Assembly (NCBI GenBank): GCA_021769725.1
Contig: JAETSI010000001.1
Coordinates: 103,340 to 167,339 of the forward strand
Direction: 5' to 3'
Length of the DNA stretch: 64,000 nucleotides
Source: Oscillospiraceae bacterium
GTDB taxonomy: Bacteria; Bacillota; Clostridia; Oscillospirales; Ruminococcaceae
Positions within the stretch are counted from its first letter, which is position 1. Every line of letters begins with the position of its first letter. Shown piece by piece: positions 19,860 to 29,587 of the stretch. The notes under the pieces are model-generated. The model was not told the origin of the DNA. It did no database searches and worked only from the letters and a program-made list of their open reading frames with translations. A program made the translations under genes and the position numbers.

Positions 19860-20276
19860 ATGAATAAAAAGAAATTGTCAGAAGGTGAAGCAAATTCATA
19901 CAGTCCGCTGAGCTTGGCTTTTCTTGGTGATAGTGTTTACGATACTTATGTCAGGGAATATCTGCTGAAGAAAGCCAATATGCCGGCAGCAAAGCTTCAT
20001 TCCGCTAAGATTAGACTGGTATGTGCAGAGTTTCAGTCAGAGATATTTGGAATCTTTTTGGACAAGCTTACGGGGCATGAACTGTCGGTGATGAAGCGTG
20101 GACGTAACGCTACGGGGAATACAGTGCCAAAGCACGCTGATGCGGCGCAGTATAGGCGTGCAACGGCGGTAGAGTGTCTTTTCGGATACCTTTATATTAC
20201 GGGACAGCTTGAAAGGCTGGATGAATTGTTTGAATCAGTTATAGATTTTATTGAAAATGAGCAGATAGGAGTGTAA
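19860..20276 (+). CDS. mrnC: mini-ribonuclease 3
   Basis: LAFLGDSVYDTYVREYLL RNase III-like signature; ATG 19860 lies just after the obg stop. Confidence 0.8.
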   Translation: MNKKKLSEGEANSYSPLSLAFLGDSVYDTYVREYLLKKANMPAAKLHSAKIRLVCAEFQSEIFGIFLDKLTGHELSVMKRGRNATGNTVPKHADAAQYRRATAVECLFGYLYITGQLERLDELFESVIDFIENEQIGV

Positions 20277-20279
20277 AAT

Positions 20280-21011
20280 ATGTCAGGTCATTCAAAATGG
20301 AATAATATTAAACGTAAAAAGGAAGCTACCGATGCTGTAAAGGGCAAAATATTTACAAAAATAGGCCGTGAGATCACTGTTGTGGTACGGGAGGGCGGTC
20401 CCGATCCGAATAACAACAGCAAGCTTCGTGATCTTATTGCAAAGGCAAAGGCAAATAATGTGCCAAATGATAACATCGAGCGTGTTATAAAAAAGGCGGC
20501 CGGCGGCGAGGACAAGAACAATTACGAAAATATTGTTTACGAGGGATATGGTCCGAACGGTGTTGCTGTTATCGTTGAGTGTCTTACAGACAATAGAAAC
20601 AGAACTGCCGGTGAAATTCGCCATTATTTTGATAAATTCGGCGGAAATCTCGGAACTATCGGATGCGTTTCCTTTATGTTCAGCACTAAGGGAATCGTTG
20701 TTCTTGAAAATACCGGTCTTGATGAGGACGCCGTTATGGACGACGTATTTGAGTGCGGCGGAGACGATTTTGACATAAATGAAGAAACCGTTGAGATCGA
20801 GTGTGCTCCCGAGAATGTTCATGCTCTTCGTGAGGGGCTGGCAGCCAAGGGATATAATGTAATATCCGCCGAAACAGAGCAGATTCCGGCAAATTATACA
20901 ACTCTCACTGACGAGGAGCATATCAAGAAGATGAATCTTCTTCTTGAACATCTTGAGGATAACGATGATGTTCAGAATGTCTATCACAACTGGGAGATGC
21001 CTGAAGAATAA
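20280..21011 (+). CDS. yebC: YebC/PmpR-family DNA-binding regulator
   Basis: MSGHSKWNNIKRKKEATDAVKGKIFTK canonical N-terminus. Confidence 0.92.
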   Translation: MSGHSKWNNIKRKKEATDAVKGKIFTKIGREITVVVREGGPDPNNNSKLRDLIAKAKANNVPNDNIERVIKKAAGGEDKNNYENIVYEGYGPNGVAVIVECLTDNRNRTAGEIRHYFDKFGGNLGTIGCVSFMFSTKGIVVLENTGLDEDAVMDDVFECGGDDFDINEETVEIECAPENVHALREGLAAKGYNVISAETEQIPANYTTLTDEEHIKKMNLLLEHLEDNDDVQNVYHNWEMPEE

Positions 21012-21017
21012 TAATAA

Positions 21018-21042
21018 AGAACAGCTTTCGGGCTGTTCTTTT
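21018..21042 (+). terminator. intrinsic terminator
   Basis: agaacagc/gctgttct stem followed by T4. Confidence 0.6.
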
Positions 21043-21055
21043 CAGGAGTGAGAAA

Positions 21056-21556
21056 ATGAGCATAGAAATTTTAAAGGTCGAAACGGACGAAGAACTCCAT
21101 GAAGTTGCCGATTTGGCTACGGAAATCTGGCATGAGTGCTTTCCGGGAATAATTTCCATGGAACAGATAGAATATATGATAGAGAAATTTCAGTCATACA
21201 GAGCTATGGCTGAGCAGATATCCAGTCAGGGCTATAACTATCTTGCTGTCAGAGAAGATGGCAAATTATGTGGGTATATCGGCGTGAAGCCGGAGGACGA
21301 TGAGCGTTTTTTCCTGAGTAAACTTTATCTTCGTGCAGATAAAAGGGGCAGAGGAATTGCTTCCTCCATGCTGAACAGGGTTTTTGATGAAGCACGCAGA
21401 TCAGGAAAAAAATCGGTTTATCTGACAGTGAACAGGCACAACGATCATGCTGTAGCTGTATACAAGAAAACAGGATTTGAAATTATCAGACAGGCTGTCG
21501 CTGACATAGGAAACGGATTTGTGATGGACGATTATATTATGGAATACAAACTGTAA
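21056..21556 (+). CDS. GNAT-family N-acetyltransferase
   Basis: 166 aa; RGRGIASSMLN acetyl-CoA-binding motif. Confidence 0.8.
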   Translation: MSIEILKVETDEELHEVADLATEIWHECFPGIISMEQIEYMIEKFQSYRAMAEQISSQGYNYLAVREDGKLCGYIGVKPEDDERFFLSKLYLRADKRGRGIASSMLNRVFDEARRSGKKSVYLTVNRHNDHAVAVYKKTGFEIIRQAVADIGNGFVMDDYIMEYKL

Positions 21557-21617
21557 TATATCAGCGCCTGTCCGTATATAATATAATGATTACAATATTA
21601 TTACGAGGTGTAAAATT

Positions 21618-22187
21618 ATGGGAATCATTGAATTGACGCTTCTTTCCGCTGGGCTTGCTATGGACGCTTTTTCTGTTGCCGTATGTCAAGGACTCAGCAT
21701 GAAAAAGTTGTGTGTACGCAGCGGTCTGATAATCGCATTGTTTTTCGGAGCTTTTCAGGGGGTAATGCCCCTTATCGGATATTTTCTGGGTAGTCGTTTT
21801 GCCGGATATATAAATTCTGTCAGCCATTGGATTGCATTTGTACTCCTTGGTGTGATAGGCGGAAAGATGATATGGGAGGCGCTTCACGGCGATGAGGAAT
21901 CTGACGGAAAGTCAGAATATAAGCTTGCTTTGGGCGAACTTACACTGCTCGCTGTAGCTACCAGCATAGACGCTCTTGCGGTAGGAATTGTTTTTGCAGC
22001 GGCTAAGGTGAATCTTATACTGTCTGTAATTATGATCGCTGCTGTGACCTTTGTTATATCTTTTGCAGGCGTGGTGATCGGCAACAAATTCGGAAGCCGT
22101 TTTGAAAAGAAAGCGGAGATCGCCGGGGGAGTAATTCTTATACTTATAGGACTGAAAATGCTCTTGGATGGACTTGGAATATTATAA
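21618..22187 (+). CDS. mntP: manganese efflux pump MntP
   Basis: 189 aa, 6 TM, duplicated DAFSVA and DALAVG motifs. Confidence 0.85.
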   Translation: MGIIELTLLSAGLAMDAFSVAVCQGLSMKKLCVRSGLIIALFFGAFQGVMPLIGYFLGSRFAGYINSVSHWIAFVLLGVIGGKMIWEALHGDEESDGKSEYKLALGELTLLAVATSIDALAVGIVFAAAKVNLILSVIMIAAVTFVISFAGVVIGNKFGSRFEKKAEIAGGVILILIGLKMLLDGLGIL

Positions 22188-22191
22188 AAGC

Positions 22192-22220
22192 AACGGACGG
22201 AGATCTCTCCGTCCGTTTGT
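22192..22220. terminator. bidirectional terminator between convergent mntP and MATE genes
   Basis: acggacggaga/tctccgtccgt 11-bp stem, T-run on + side. Confidence 0.7.
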
Positions 22221-22255
22221 ATTATAGGCGTCATCCGCTAATTATGCGGTGTTGA

Positions 22256-23662
22256 CTATACTTTTGCTCCCATTTTGGCAGATCTTTTAATTTCTGCATC
22301 CAGTTTTTTCATTGCGTTGAATTCATATATCGCCATTAATATTGCCACGACGGCTGACAGCACATCGGCAATAGGACCGGTGTAGAGGATGCCGTTTATT
22401 CCGAAGATCAAAGGAAGAACCAGCAGAATAGGGACGAAGAAAATAATCTGTCTCGTCAGCGACAGGAAAACACCCTTGATAGATTTGCCGATAGAGGTAA
22501 AGAACGTTGAGGTGATAGGCTGTAGGCAGTTTATCCAGGTGAAGAACAGGAAAATGCGGAAAAATTTTATTCCGAATTCAAAATATGCTTCACTGCCTTT
22601 TCCAAAGAGCATAAGAATTTCCCGGGGGAATATCTGGAACAGTACAAAAGCGCAGATAGATATTCCTCCTCCGGTTATAACAGCAAGACGGTATGCTTCC
22701 CGGACACGGCTGAAATTGCGTGCGCCGTAGTTGAAGCTCTCGATAGGCTGCGTTCCCTGAGCAAGACCGATAACAATTGAAAAAACGATCATATTGACTT
22801 TCATGACGATTCCTGCCACAGCAATAGTATCGTCAGCTCCGTAGGAGGAAAGACTTCCGTAATGCTTGAGGGAGTTGTTGAGAACGATCTGAACTACACC
22901 GATAGCGATCTGGTTGAAAAACGACGCCATTCCTATGGAAGAAACTCGTTTTATATGGCATCCACGGGGGATAAAGTGATTTGTTTCAAGCCTGACTGTT
23001 TTGAACCTGAAAGCATAAACAATAACTATTACAGCTGAAACGAACTGCCCGATGACTGTTGCAGCGGCAGCACCTGCCATGCCCCAGCCGAAAATAAGCA
23101 CGAAAACTGCGTCAAGAATAGTATTTATAACAGCTCCGGTGATATTGAGCAGCATGGTTATCTGAGGGCTTCCGTCGGCTCTGATAAGATGTCCGCCCCC
23201 TGTGGACAGTAACAAGAACGGGAATCCTAATGCCGTGACACGTACGTAATCCTGGGCGTATGGCAGATTTTTTGCGGTAGCTCCGAAAAGCTTCAGCATG
23301 GGGGTGAGAAATATTAGAGTGATTATTGATATCAGCACACCGCAGACGGCAAGCATTGTCAGAGCGTTTCCGGCGTAATATCCGGCATTCTTCTTGTCAC
23401 CTCTGCCCATTGCAAGATTGAAGCATGAAGCGCCTCCGATTCCGAAAAGCAGGGCGAGGGACATACATATCGTGGTCAGAGGAAAGGCAATGTTGGTGGC
23501 GGCGTTTCCGAGTGAACCGACTTTTTGTCCGATGAACAGCTGGTCTACCATATTGTAGAGAGCGCCTACCAGCATTCCGATAATACTTGGCACCGCAAAC
23601 TTTACCATAAGTTTTCTTACGGGAACAGATGCCAGTGGATTAACTTCTTTTGTTTTTTCCAT
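22256..23662 (-). CDS. MATE-family efflux transporter
   Basis: 468 aa, 12 TM; N-terminal PVRKLMVKFAVPSIIGMLVGALYNMVDQLFIG typical of MATE. Confidence 0.88.
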   Translation of the reverse strand: MEKTKEVNPLASVPVRKLMVKFAVPSIIGMLVGALYNMVDQLFIGQKVGSLGNAATNIAFPLTTICMSLALLFGIGGASCFNLAMGRGDKKNAGYYAGNALTMLAVCGVLISIITLIFLTPMLKLFGATAKNLPYAQDYVRVTALGFPFLLLSTGGGHLIRADGSPQITMLLNITGAVINTILDAVFVLIFGWGMAGAAAATVIGQFVSAVIVIVYAFRFKTVRLETNHFIPRGCHIKRVSSIGMASFFNQIAIGVVQIVLNNSLKHYGSLSSYGADDTIAVAGIVMKVNMIVFSIVIGLAQGTQPIESFNYGARNFSRVREAYRLAVITGGGISICAFVLFQIFPREILMLFGKGSEAYFEFGIKFFRIFLFFTWINCLQPITSTFFTSIGKSIKGVFLSLTRQIIFFVPILLVLPLIFGINGILYTGPIADVLSAVVAILMAIYEFNAMKKLDAEIKRSAKMGAKV

Positions 23663-23772
23663 TTATATCCTTCTTTACATTATAATATATTTTATTATAA
23701 CACTAAATTACCCGATTTGTCAAATGCAAAAAACTTTGGTAATTTTTTTGTATATAAATTTTTAAAAATATA

Positions 23773-23801
23773 TTGAAAAAAATCTGAGAATATTGTATAA
23801 T
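23773..23801 (+). promoter_or_regulatory. promoter TTGAAA-17-TATAAT (extended -10) for rnf operon
   Basis: Hexamers at 23773-23778 and 23796-23801. Confidence 0.6.
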
Positions 23802-23839
23802 TATATGGTATGGCATATTTGATTATAAAGGAGAAAAAT

Positions 23840-25117
23840 ATGAACAAATTGAACGGAATAAGGCTGAATCACCGTAAAAATACGGAAAACAGCCCTACTG
23901 AAGAATTCCATCTGCCTGCCAGGGTAAAAATTCCCATGTCAATGACCATGGGAGCTTCGTGTCAGCCGCTTGTAAAGGCAGGAGATATGGTAAAGGTGGG
24001 TCAAAAAATAGGCGACTCTGACGCCGCATTCAGTGTTCCCATTCATTCTTCTGTATCGGGAACAGTTACAGCCATCAGCGATTACAGAACGGCTTCGGGA
24101 GCTGTATGCAAGGCGGTTGAGATCGAAACAGACGGTCAGCAGACTGTTTCAGAAGAAGTGAAGCCGCCTGTTGTGACTGACAGGAACAGCTTTATAAAAG
24201 CTGTAAGGGAAAGCGGAGCCTGCGGTCTTGGCGGTGCAGGTTTTCCGACGCATATTAAGCTGAATCCTAAAACTCCGGTCGATACCCTTGTTATAAACGC
24301 TGCAGAATGTGAACCGTATATAACAGCGGACTACCGTGAAATGATAGAGAATTCAGCAGACGTTATAGGCGGAATAAAGCTCGTGCAGTCTCAGCTCGGC
24401 ATAAAAGGCGTTAAGCTGGCTATTGAAGCAAATAAGCCGGAAGCAATAAAAAAATTTACAAAAATGGCAGAGGACGATGATTCGATTGATATTGTAACCC
24501 TGCCCTCAAGCTATCCTCAGGGAGCAGAAAAGGTAATTATCTATAATTCCACCGGAAGGATCGTCATGGAGGGACAGCTTCCGTCAGATGTTGGAGTCAT
24601 CGTAATGAATGTTTCAACTGTCGCTTTCCTTTGCCGCTATATGCATGACGGTATGCCTCTTGTGCGGCGCCGTCTGACTATTGACGGAAACGCAGTGAGT
24701 GATCCGAAAAATATAATGACCGTTATCGGTACTTCTTTCAGGGAATTGCTGGAATATTGCAAGACGGATATGGATTCCGTAAAAAAGATCGTAGCTGGCG
24801 GGCCTATGATGGGCATGAGTATTCCGGATGCGGATATGTCTGTGGTGAAAACTTCCAATGCGCTGCTTGCCTTTGACCGCTACGATCAGCGAAAAACATC
24901 TGCCTGTATTCGCTGCGGACGCTGTGTAAGAGTTTGTCCCATGGGTCTTATGCCTGCTGATATTGACAGAGCTTATAAGATAAAAAATATTGAGGAACTG
25001 CGTAAACTCAAAGTAATGCTCTGCATGAACTGCGGAAGCTGTACATACGTATGTCCTGCAAACCGTAAGCTTGCGGAGACAAATCAGCTGGCAAAGACGC
25101 TTATACCAAGAAAGTAA
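23840..25117 (+). CDS. rnfC: Rnf electron-transport complex subunit C
   Basis: GLGGAGFPTHIKL NADH/FMN site; two 4Fe-4S motifs CIRCGRCVRVCP and CMNCGSCTYVCP. Confidence 0.92.
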   Translation: MNKLNGIRLNHRKNTENSPTEEFHLPARVKIPMSMTMGASCQPLVKAGDMVKVGQKIGDSDAAFSVPIHSSVSGTVTAISDYRTASGAVCKAVEIETDGQQTVSEEVKPPVVTDRNSFIKAVRESGACGLGGAGFPTHIKLNPKTPVDTLVINAAECEPYITADYREMIENSADVIGGIKLVQSQLGIKGVKLAIEANKPEAIKKFTKMAEDDDSIDIVTLPSSYPQGAEKVIIYNSTGRIVMEGQLPSDVGVIVMNVSTVAFLCRYMHDGMPLVRRRLTIDGNAVSDPKNIMTVIGTSFRELLEYCKTDMDSVKKIVAGGPMMGMSIPDADMSVVKTSNALLAFDRYDQRKTSACIRCGRCVRVCPMGLMPADIDRAYKIKNIEELRKLKVMLCMNCGSCTYVCPANRKLAETNQLAKTLIPRK

Positions 25118-25129
25118 GGAGGATACAGA

Positions 25130-26068
25130 ATGAACAAGCTTATTGTTTCACCGTCACCACATGACGAAAATTATATGAAGACCTCCGGCATTATGCTCAA
25201 CGTCATCATTGCCCTTATCCCTGCCCTGTGCGCAGGATGCTATATCTTTGGCTGGAGAGTTATCACTCTGACAGCAGTCTGCGTGTCCAGTTGTATGATC
25301 TTTGAATATTTCAGCCGGCGCATCATGAAACGCAGTAATACTGTAACCGACCTTTCTGCCGTCGTTACAGGCGTGCTTCTGGCTATGAATCTTCCTGTAA
25401 CCCTGCCTTACTGGATGGCAGTTATCGGATGCTTTGTGGCTATCGTGATCGTAAAGCAGCTTTTCGGAGGTCTGGGACAAAACTTTGCCAATCCGGCAAT
25501 CACTGCAAGAATAGTGCTCATGGTGTCTTTCCCGTCTGCCATGTCGCACTGGATCCAGCCTGCTTCATACGAATACGACGCCGTTTCCTCTGCAACTCCG
25601 CTTGCAATGGGTGAAGGAGCTGAACTGCCCTCGTATCTTGATCTGCTTCTAGGAAATGTCGGCGGATGTCTCGGCGAAACCTGTGCGCTGGCTCTTCTGG
25701 CAGGCGGACTTTACCTTGCAGCAAGAAGAATAATCTCTCTTGCCGCACCGGTCGCTTTCATCGGAAGTCTTGCCGCACTTATGGCAATCGCCGGAGAGGA
25801 TCCTCTTTATCACATACTGGCAGGAGGCGTTTTCCTCGGAGCGTTCTTTATGGCTACAGATTACGCTACTACCCCGATAACCTTTAAGGGAAAGCTTGTT
25901 TTTGGTCTGGGATGCGGAATCATTACCTTTGTTATACGCAAGTTCGGTTCTTATCCGGAGGGTGTTTCTTTCTCGATCCTGCTTATGAATATTCTTACTC
26001 CCTATATTGATCAGATGACACGTACAAAGATTTTTGGTGCAAAGGAGGCTGAAAAGAATGAAGGATAA
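25130..26068 (+). CDS. rnfD: Rnf complex subunit D
   Basis: 312 aa polytopic NqrB/RnfD-like protein; conserved SSATPL flavinylation motif. Confidence 0.9.
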   Translation: MNKLIVSPSPHDENYMKTSGIMLNVIIALIPALCAGCYIFGWRVITLTAVCVSSCMIFEYFSRRIMKRSNTVTDLSAVVTGVLLAMNLPVTLPYWMAVIGCFVAIVIVKQLFGGLGQNFANPAITARIVLMVSFPSAMSHWIQPASYEYDAVSSATPLAMGEGAELPSYLDLLLGNVGGCLGETCALALLAGGLYLAARRIISLAAPVAFIGSLAALMAIAGEDPLYHILAGGVFLGAFFMATDYATTPITFKGKLVFGLGCGIITFVIRKFGSYPEGVSFSILLMNILTPYIDQMTRTKIFGAKEAEKNEG

Positions 26069-26588
26069 GATAAAACCTACTATAGTTCTTACCGCGATCT
26101 GTACAGCAGCGGCGCTTCTACTTGTTCTTGCCTACGAAATGACCAAAGACAGAATAGCCGAGCAGAGAGCCCTGAAATTCAATAAAAGCGTTGAAACACT
26201 TTTCGGGGAATGTGAGACGACCATTATTGATAATAATTTCGGATATGACGAAATACAGCAGATCGCCGTGGCTTCCGACGGAAAGACAGTAATACAGGTC
26301 TGCACCGATGGTTATTCAAAGGGTGGAATCAATATTCTTGTGGGTATTGATGAGAAAGGCGTTCTGACGGGAATTTCCTTTATATCTCTTGGAGAAACGC
26401 CCGGTCTCGGTTCAAATGTAAAGGATGATAAGTCTTTTGTGAAAAAGAATTTTATTGGAATAACAGAAGCTCCGGCGGAGATTGATTCCATAAGTGGTGC
26501 AACATATTCTTCAAACGGAATGAAAAAGGCTGTTGAAATTGCAATGAACGTATATAATGAAAATAAGGAGGAGATTCTCGGTGGCTGA
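26058..26588 (+). CDS. rnfG: Rnf complex subunit G
   Basis: N-terminal TM plus FMN-binding domain (ISGATYSSNG); ATG 26058 after AAGGAGG. Confidence 0.88.
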   Translation: MKDKIKPTIVLTAICTAAALLLVLAYEMTKDRIAEQRALKFNKSVETLFGECETTIIDNNFGYDEIQQIAVASDGKTVIQVCTDGYSKGGINILVGIDEKGVLTGISFISLGETPGLGSNVKDDKSFVKKNFIGITEAPAEIDSISGATYSSNGMKKAVEIAMNVYNENKEEILGG

Positions 26589-27261
26589 AAAGAAATCCCT
26601 TTTAAATGAAATAACAAAAGGTGTAATAAAGGAAAATCCAACTCTTGTAATGCTTCTTGGAATGTGCCCTACCCTGGCTGTTACTACCCAGGCCAAAAAC
26701 GGCATCGGCATGGGATTGGCTACAACTTTTGTACTTCTTGGCTCGAATATCGTTATTTCGGCTCTCAGAAAAGTTATTCCCGATAAGGTGAGAATTCCTG
26801 CATTTATCGTTATTATTGCAAGTTTTGTTACCTTTATCGGATTTATTCTCGAAGGATTTGTTCCTGATCTTTACGACAGTCTTGGAATTTATCTGACGCT
26901 TATTACTGTAAACTGTATTATATTTGGCAGAGCTGAAATGTTTGCAAGCAAAAACGGTGTAGTGGCTTCTGCCTGCGATGCCATTGGAATGGGCATTGGA
27001 TTCACTCTTGCGCTGTTTCTTATGGGATCTGTCCGTGAAATATTGGGAGCAGGTAAGTGGATGGACATGAATATTCCGGTGATTCATGACAACCCCATGA
27101 TGTTGTTTATTATGCCGGCAGGAGGATTCTTTACTCTGGGTATGATAATCGCAATTGTAAACAAGCTCTCTAAAAAGAAACCTCCGCAGGAGCTTGGATG
27201 TCATGGATGTCCCAATGCAAGCGCTTGTGCACAGGCAGGAAACGGAGGCTGTGAATCATGA
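26581..27261 (+). CDS. rnfE: Rnf complex subunit E (with Cys-rich C-terminal extension)
   Basis: NPTLVMLLGMCPTLAVTT signature; GTG 26581 lies 8 nt after AAGGAGGA. Confidence 0.88.
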   Translation: MAEKKSLLNEITKGVIKENPTLVMLLGMCPTLAVTTQAKNGIGMGLATTFVLLGSNIVISALRKVIPDKVRIPAFIVIIASFVTFIGFILEGFVPDLYDSLGIYLTLITVNCIIFGRAEMFASKNGVVASACDAIGMGIGFTLALFLMGSVREILGAGKWMDMNIPVIHDNPMMLFIMPAGGFFTLGMIIAIVNKLSKKKPPQELGCHGCPNASACAQAGNGGCES

Positions 27262-27836
27262 AAAGCTTAATGGTAATTCTTCTTGCTGCAATGCTGACAG
27301 ATAACTTTGTTCTTTCAAAGTTTATGGGAATATGTCCTTTTCTTGGAGTATCCAAAAAACTTGACAGTGCAACGGGAATGGGTCTTGCCGTAACCTTTGT
27401 AATGGTATGCGCCACTGTTGTTACATACCCAATACATCACGGAATACTCGTTCCGAACGGACTTGAATACTTTGATACTGTTGTGTTTATTCTGGTTATC
27501 GCTCTTTTTGTTCAGCTTGTAGAGACTATGCTGAAAAAATGTATTCCTTCGCTGTACAGCGCTCTTGGCGTATATCTGCCGCTTATCACTACCAACTGTG
27601 CTGTTCTTGGCGTAACCGTCCTGAATATTGACAACGGTTACAGTTTTGTTCAGTCCATTGTAAACGCAGTAGGCGGAGGTCTGGGATTTATGCTGTCACT
27701 GGTTATTTTTTCAGGCGTCCGTAAGAAAATGGAGTATGCTGATATTCCCGAAACATTTAAGGGAGTACCGGCAACTCTTATTGCTGCCTCTATCGTTTCA
27801 GTGAGCTTTCTTGGCTTTTCGGGACTGTTCAATTAA
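27258..27836 (+). CDS. rnfA: Rnf complex subunit A
   Basis: NFVLSKFMGICPFLGVS signature; 192 aa. Confidence 0.92.
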   Translation: MKSLMVILLAAMLTDNFVLSKFMGICPFLGVSKKLDSATGMGLAVTFVMVCATVVTYPIHHGILVPNGLEYFDTVVFILVIALFVQLVETMLKKCIPSLYSALGVYLPLITTNCAVLGVTVLNIDNGYSFVQSIVNAVGGGLGFMLSLVIFSGVRKKMEYADIPETFKGVPATLIAASIVSVSFLGFSGLFN

Positions 27837-27848
27837 GGAGGATTATTT

Positions 27849-28640
27849 ATGACATATTTGATCCCTGCGCTTATCGTAGGTCTATGCGGAGCATTGGCAG
27901 GAGTTCTGTTGACTGTTGCCGCAAAGGTGTTCTATGTTGAGGTGGATGAGCGTATTGAAAAAATCAGCGAAGTTCTTCCACAGGCAAACTGTGGTGCGTG
28001 CGGCTATGCCGGATGTACGGATTATGCAGGTGCTGTTGTGAATAGCGGGGCAGCAACAAATCTTTGCCGTCCGGGAGGAGCTGACGCAGCGTTGAAGATT
28101 GCTTCGATACTTGGAACAGACGCTGCGGATGTGGTGCCGATGACAGCTGTTGTTCACTGTAACGGCGACTGCAATGCTACTCAGCAGGCGTTTATTTTTG
28201 ACGGAGTTCAGTCATGCAAGGCGGTAAAGCGTTTCTACGGCGGAAACGGTATTTGCAGATACGGATGTATCGGACTTGGCGATTGTATGAATGTTTGCGA
28301 ACACGATGCCATAAAGCTTGAAAACGGTGTGGCAAAGGTCATTCCATCCTTGTGCGGAGCCTGCGGACAGTGTGCGTCAGTTTGCCCGAATCAGCTTATT
28401 TCTATTAAGCCGCTTGCTAAACATATTGATGTGCTCTGCTCTTCTGTCGCAAACGGCAAGGAAACAAAGCTAAGCTGTAAAAACGGATGTATCGGCTGTA
28501 AGATTTGTGAAAAGAAGTGCCCGGAGGGCGCTGTAAAAGTGGAGAATTTTCATGCATCTATTGACTATGACAAATGTACAAACTGCGGAACTTGTATGGC
28601 AGCGTGTCCGGTAAAGGCTATTCACAGCTGCGAAAAATAA
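27849..28640 (+). CDS. rnfB: Rnf complex subunit B
   Basis: N-terminal TM; LPQANCGACGYAGC motif; multiple ferredoxin CxxCxxCxxxCP motifs. Confidence 0.92.
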   Translation: MTYLIPALIVGLCGALAGVLLTVAAKVFYVEVDERIEKISEVLPQANCGACGYAGCTDYAGAVVNSGAATNLCRPGGADAALKIASILGTDAADVVPMTAVVHCNGDCNATQQAFIFDGVQSCKAVKRFYGGNGICRYGCIGLGDCMNVCEHDAIKLENGVAKVIPSLCGACGQCASVCPNQLISIKPLAKHIDVLCSSVANGKETKLSCKNGCIGCKICEKKCPEGAVKVENFHASIDYDKCTNCGTCMAACPVKAIHSCEK

Positions 28641-28694
28641 TACTAATGCTAATCTCTGATCGGATCTATGAAAAAGTTTGGGATTAGTATAAAT

Positions 28695-28738
28695 AAAAAA
28701 ATCTCCCCCGAACCGAAGTTCAGGGGAGATTTTAGTTA
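28695..28738. terminator. bidirectional terminator (better T-run on - strand)
   Basis: atctcccc/ggggagat stem 28701-28730, flanked by A6 on + strand (T7 for the - strand transcript). Confidence 0.75.
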
Positions 28739-28745
28739 TTGCCCG

Positions 28746-28799
28746 TTATTTGCAGCAGATTCCAAACATCTCACAGAGCATTTTCCAGATATTGCACAT
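28746..28799 (-). CDS. 17-aa Cys-rich micro-ORF MCNIWKMLCEMFGICCK (below ORF-track cutoff)
   Basis: GGAGGT 8 nt upstream of the ATG; own promoter and terminator. Confidence 0.45.
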   Translation of the reverse strand: MCNIWKMLCEMFGICCK

Positions 28800-28869
28800 A
28801 ATATGTACCTCCTATAGATATTGTTCCATGTAATGATTTTTTCTGTCTCTCTTGGAACAATTATATTAT

Positions 28870-28898
28870 ATCATACGGATATAATTAAATCAATGCAA
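28870..28898 (-). promoter_or_regulatory. promoter TTGCAT-17-TATGAT for micro-ORF transcript
   Basis: Read on the - strand: TTGCAT (28898-28893), 17-nt spacer, TATGAT (28875-28870). Confidence 0.5.
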
Positions 28899-28921
28899 AA
28901 ATAATGGAAAATAATTTGCCA

Positions 28922-29587
28922 CTATTTCAGAGGTATCACATTATTGAAAACAGCAAAGAATTTAATGGGAATGTGCTTATCTATGTGGCATTTTCCGAAG
29001 AACCACTTCTGGTATGAACAGGTTTTGATGATGTCCTCAAAGAGCGCATGGACTTCAAGTCGCTGGAGAACGTCAACATTAAGGCAATCCTTGAGGGAGA
29101 CAGGCGGCTCATGGGTTATGACATAATCGACCGTATTATCGTGGCGTTTAAGATTGTCGATCGCTTCGATGATCTCCTCGTGAGAAGGTTTCTCACGCTT
29201 CCACCAGTTATCACTGCTTCGGCGGAAATCAAAATCCTGACTGTGACCGCCGCCGAATGTAAATATTTTTTTCCCTTCAATAGTGTATACCTGACCACGC
29301 ATCAGATGAACAAGGTTTTTATCTATAACTCGTGCTTTTCCGCCGTTCCACTCAGTTATGGGAAAGCTTTCCAGGATATCGAAATTTTCGTGGCATCCGT
29401 CGAGAAATGCTACGGTATATCCCTTGCCGACAATTTTTTTGATGATAGATTTTTCTTTCCGTGAACCGTCCCAGAAGAATCCGAAATCGCCGCAGATTAT
29501 AAGAGTATCTCCACGGCGCAGTTTTTTGACTGCCGGATCACGAAAACGGCTGTAATCTCCGTGTGTATCGCCTGTTACATAGATCAT
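28922..29587 (-). CDS. metallophosphoesterase (calcineurin-like)
   Basis: MIYVTGDTHGD, GDFGFFWD and GCHENF motifs. Confidence 0.8.
   Translation of the reverse strand: MIYVTGDTHGDYSRFRDPAVKKLRRGDTLIICGDFGFFWDGSRKEKSIIKKIVGKGYTVAFLDGCHENFDILESFPITEWNGGKARVIDKNLVHLMRGQVYTIEGKKIFTFGGGHSQDFDFRRSSDNWWKREKPSHEEIIEAIDNLKRHDNTVDYVITHEPPVSLKDCLNVDVLQRLEVHALFEDIIKTCSYQKWFFGKCHIDKHIPIKFFAVFNNVIPLK

Noticed and set aside
20292-20987. 231-aa antisense ORF opposite the yebC-family gene. Similar cases lie at 47108-47836 (opposite the radical SAM gene), 10983-11531 and 36041-36979.
   Set aside because: The sense-strand proteins carry clear family motifs. The antisense ORFs lack start signals and have implausible composition.
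21557-21617. Expected yybP-ykoY Mn riboswitch upstream of mntP
   Set aside because: Only 61 nt separate the GNAT stop from the mntP start. I could not find the conserved four-way-junction sequence, and the spacer is too short for that aptamer.
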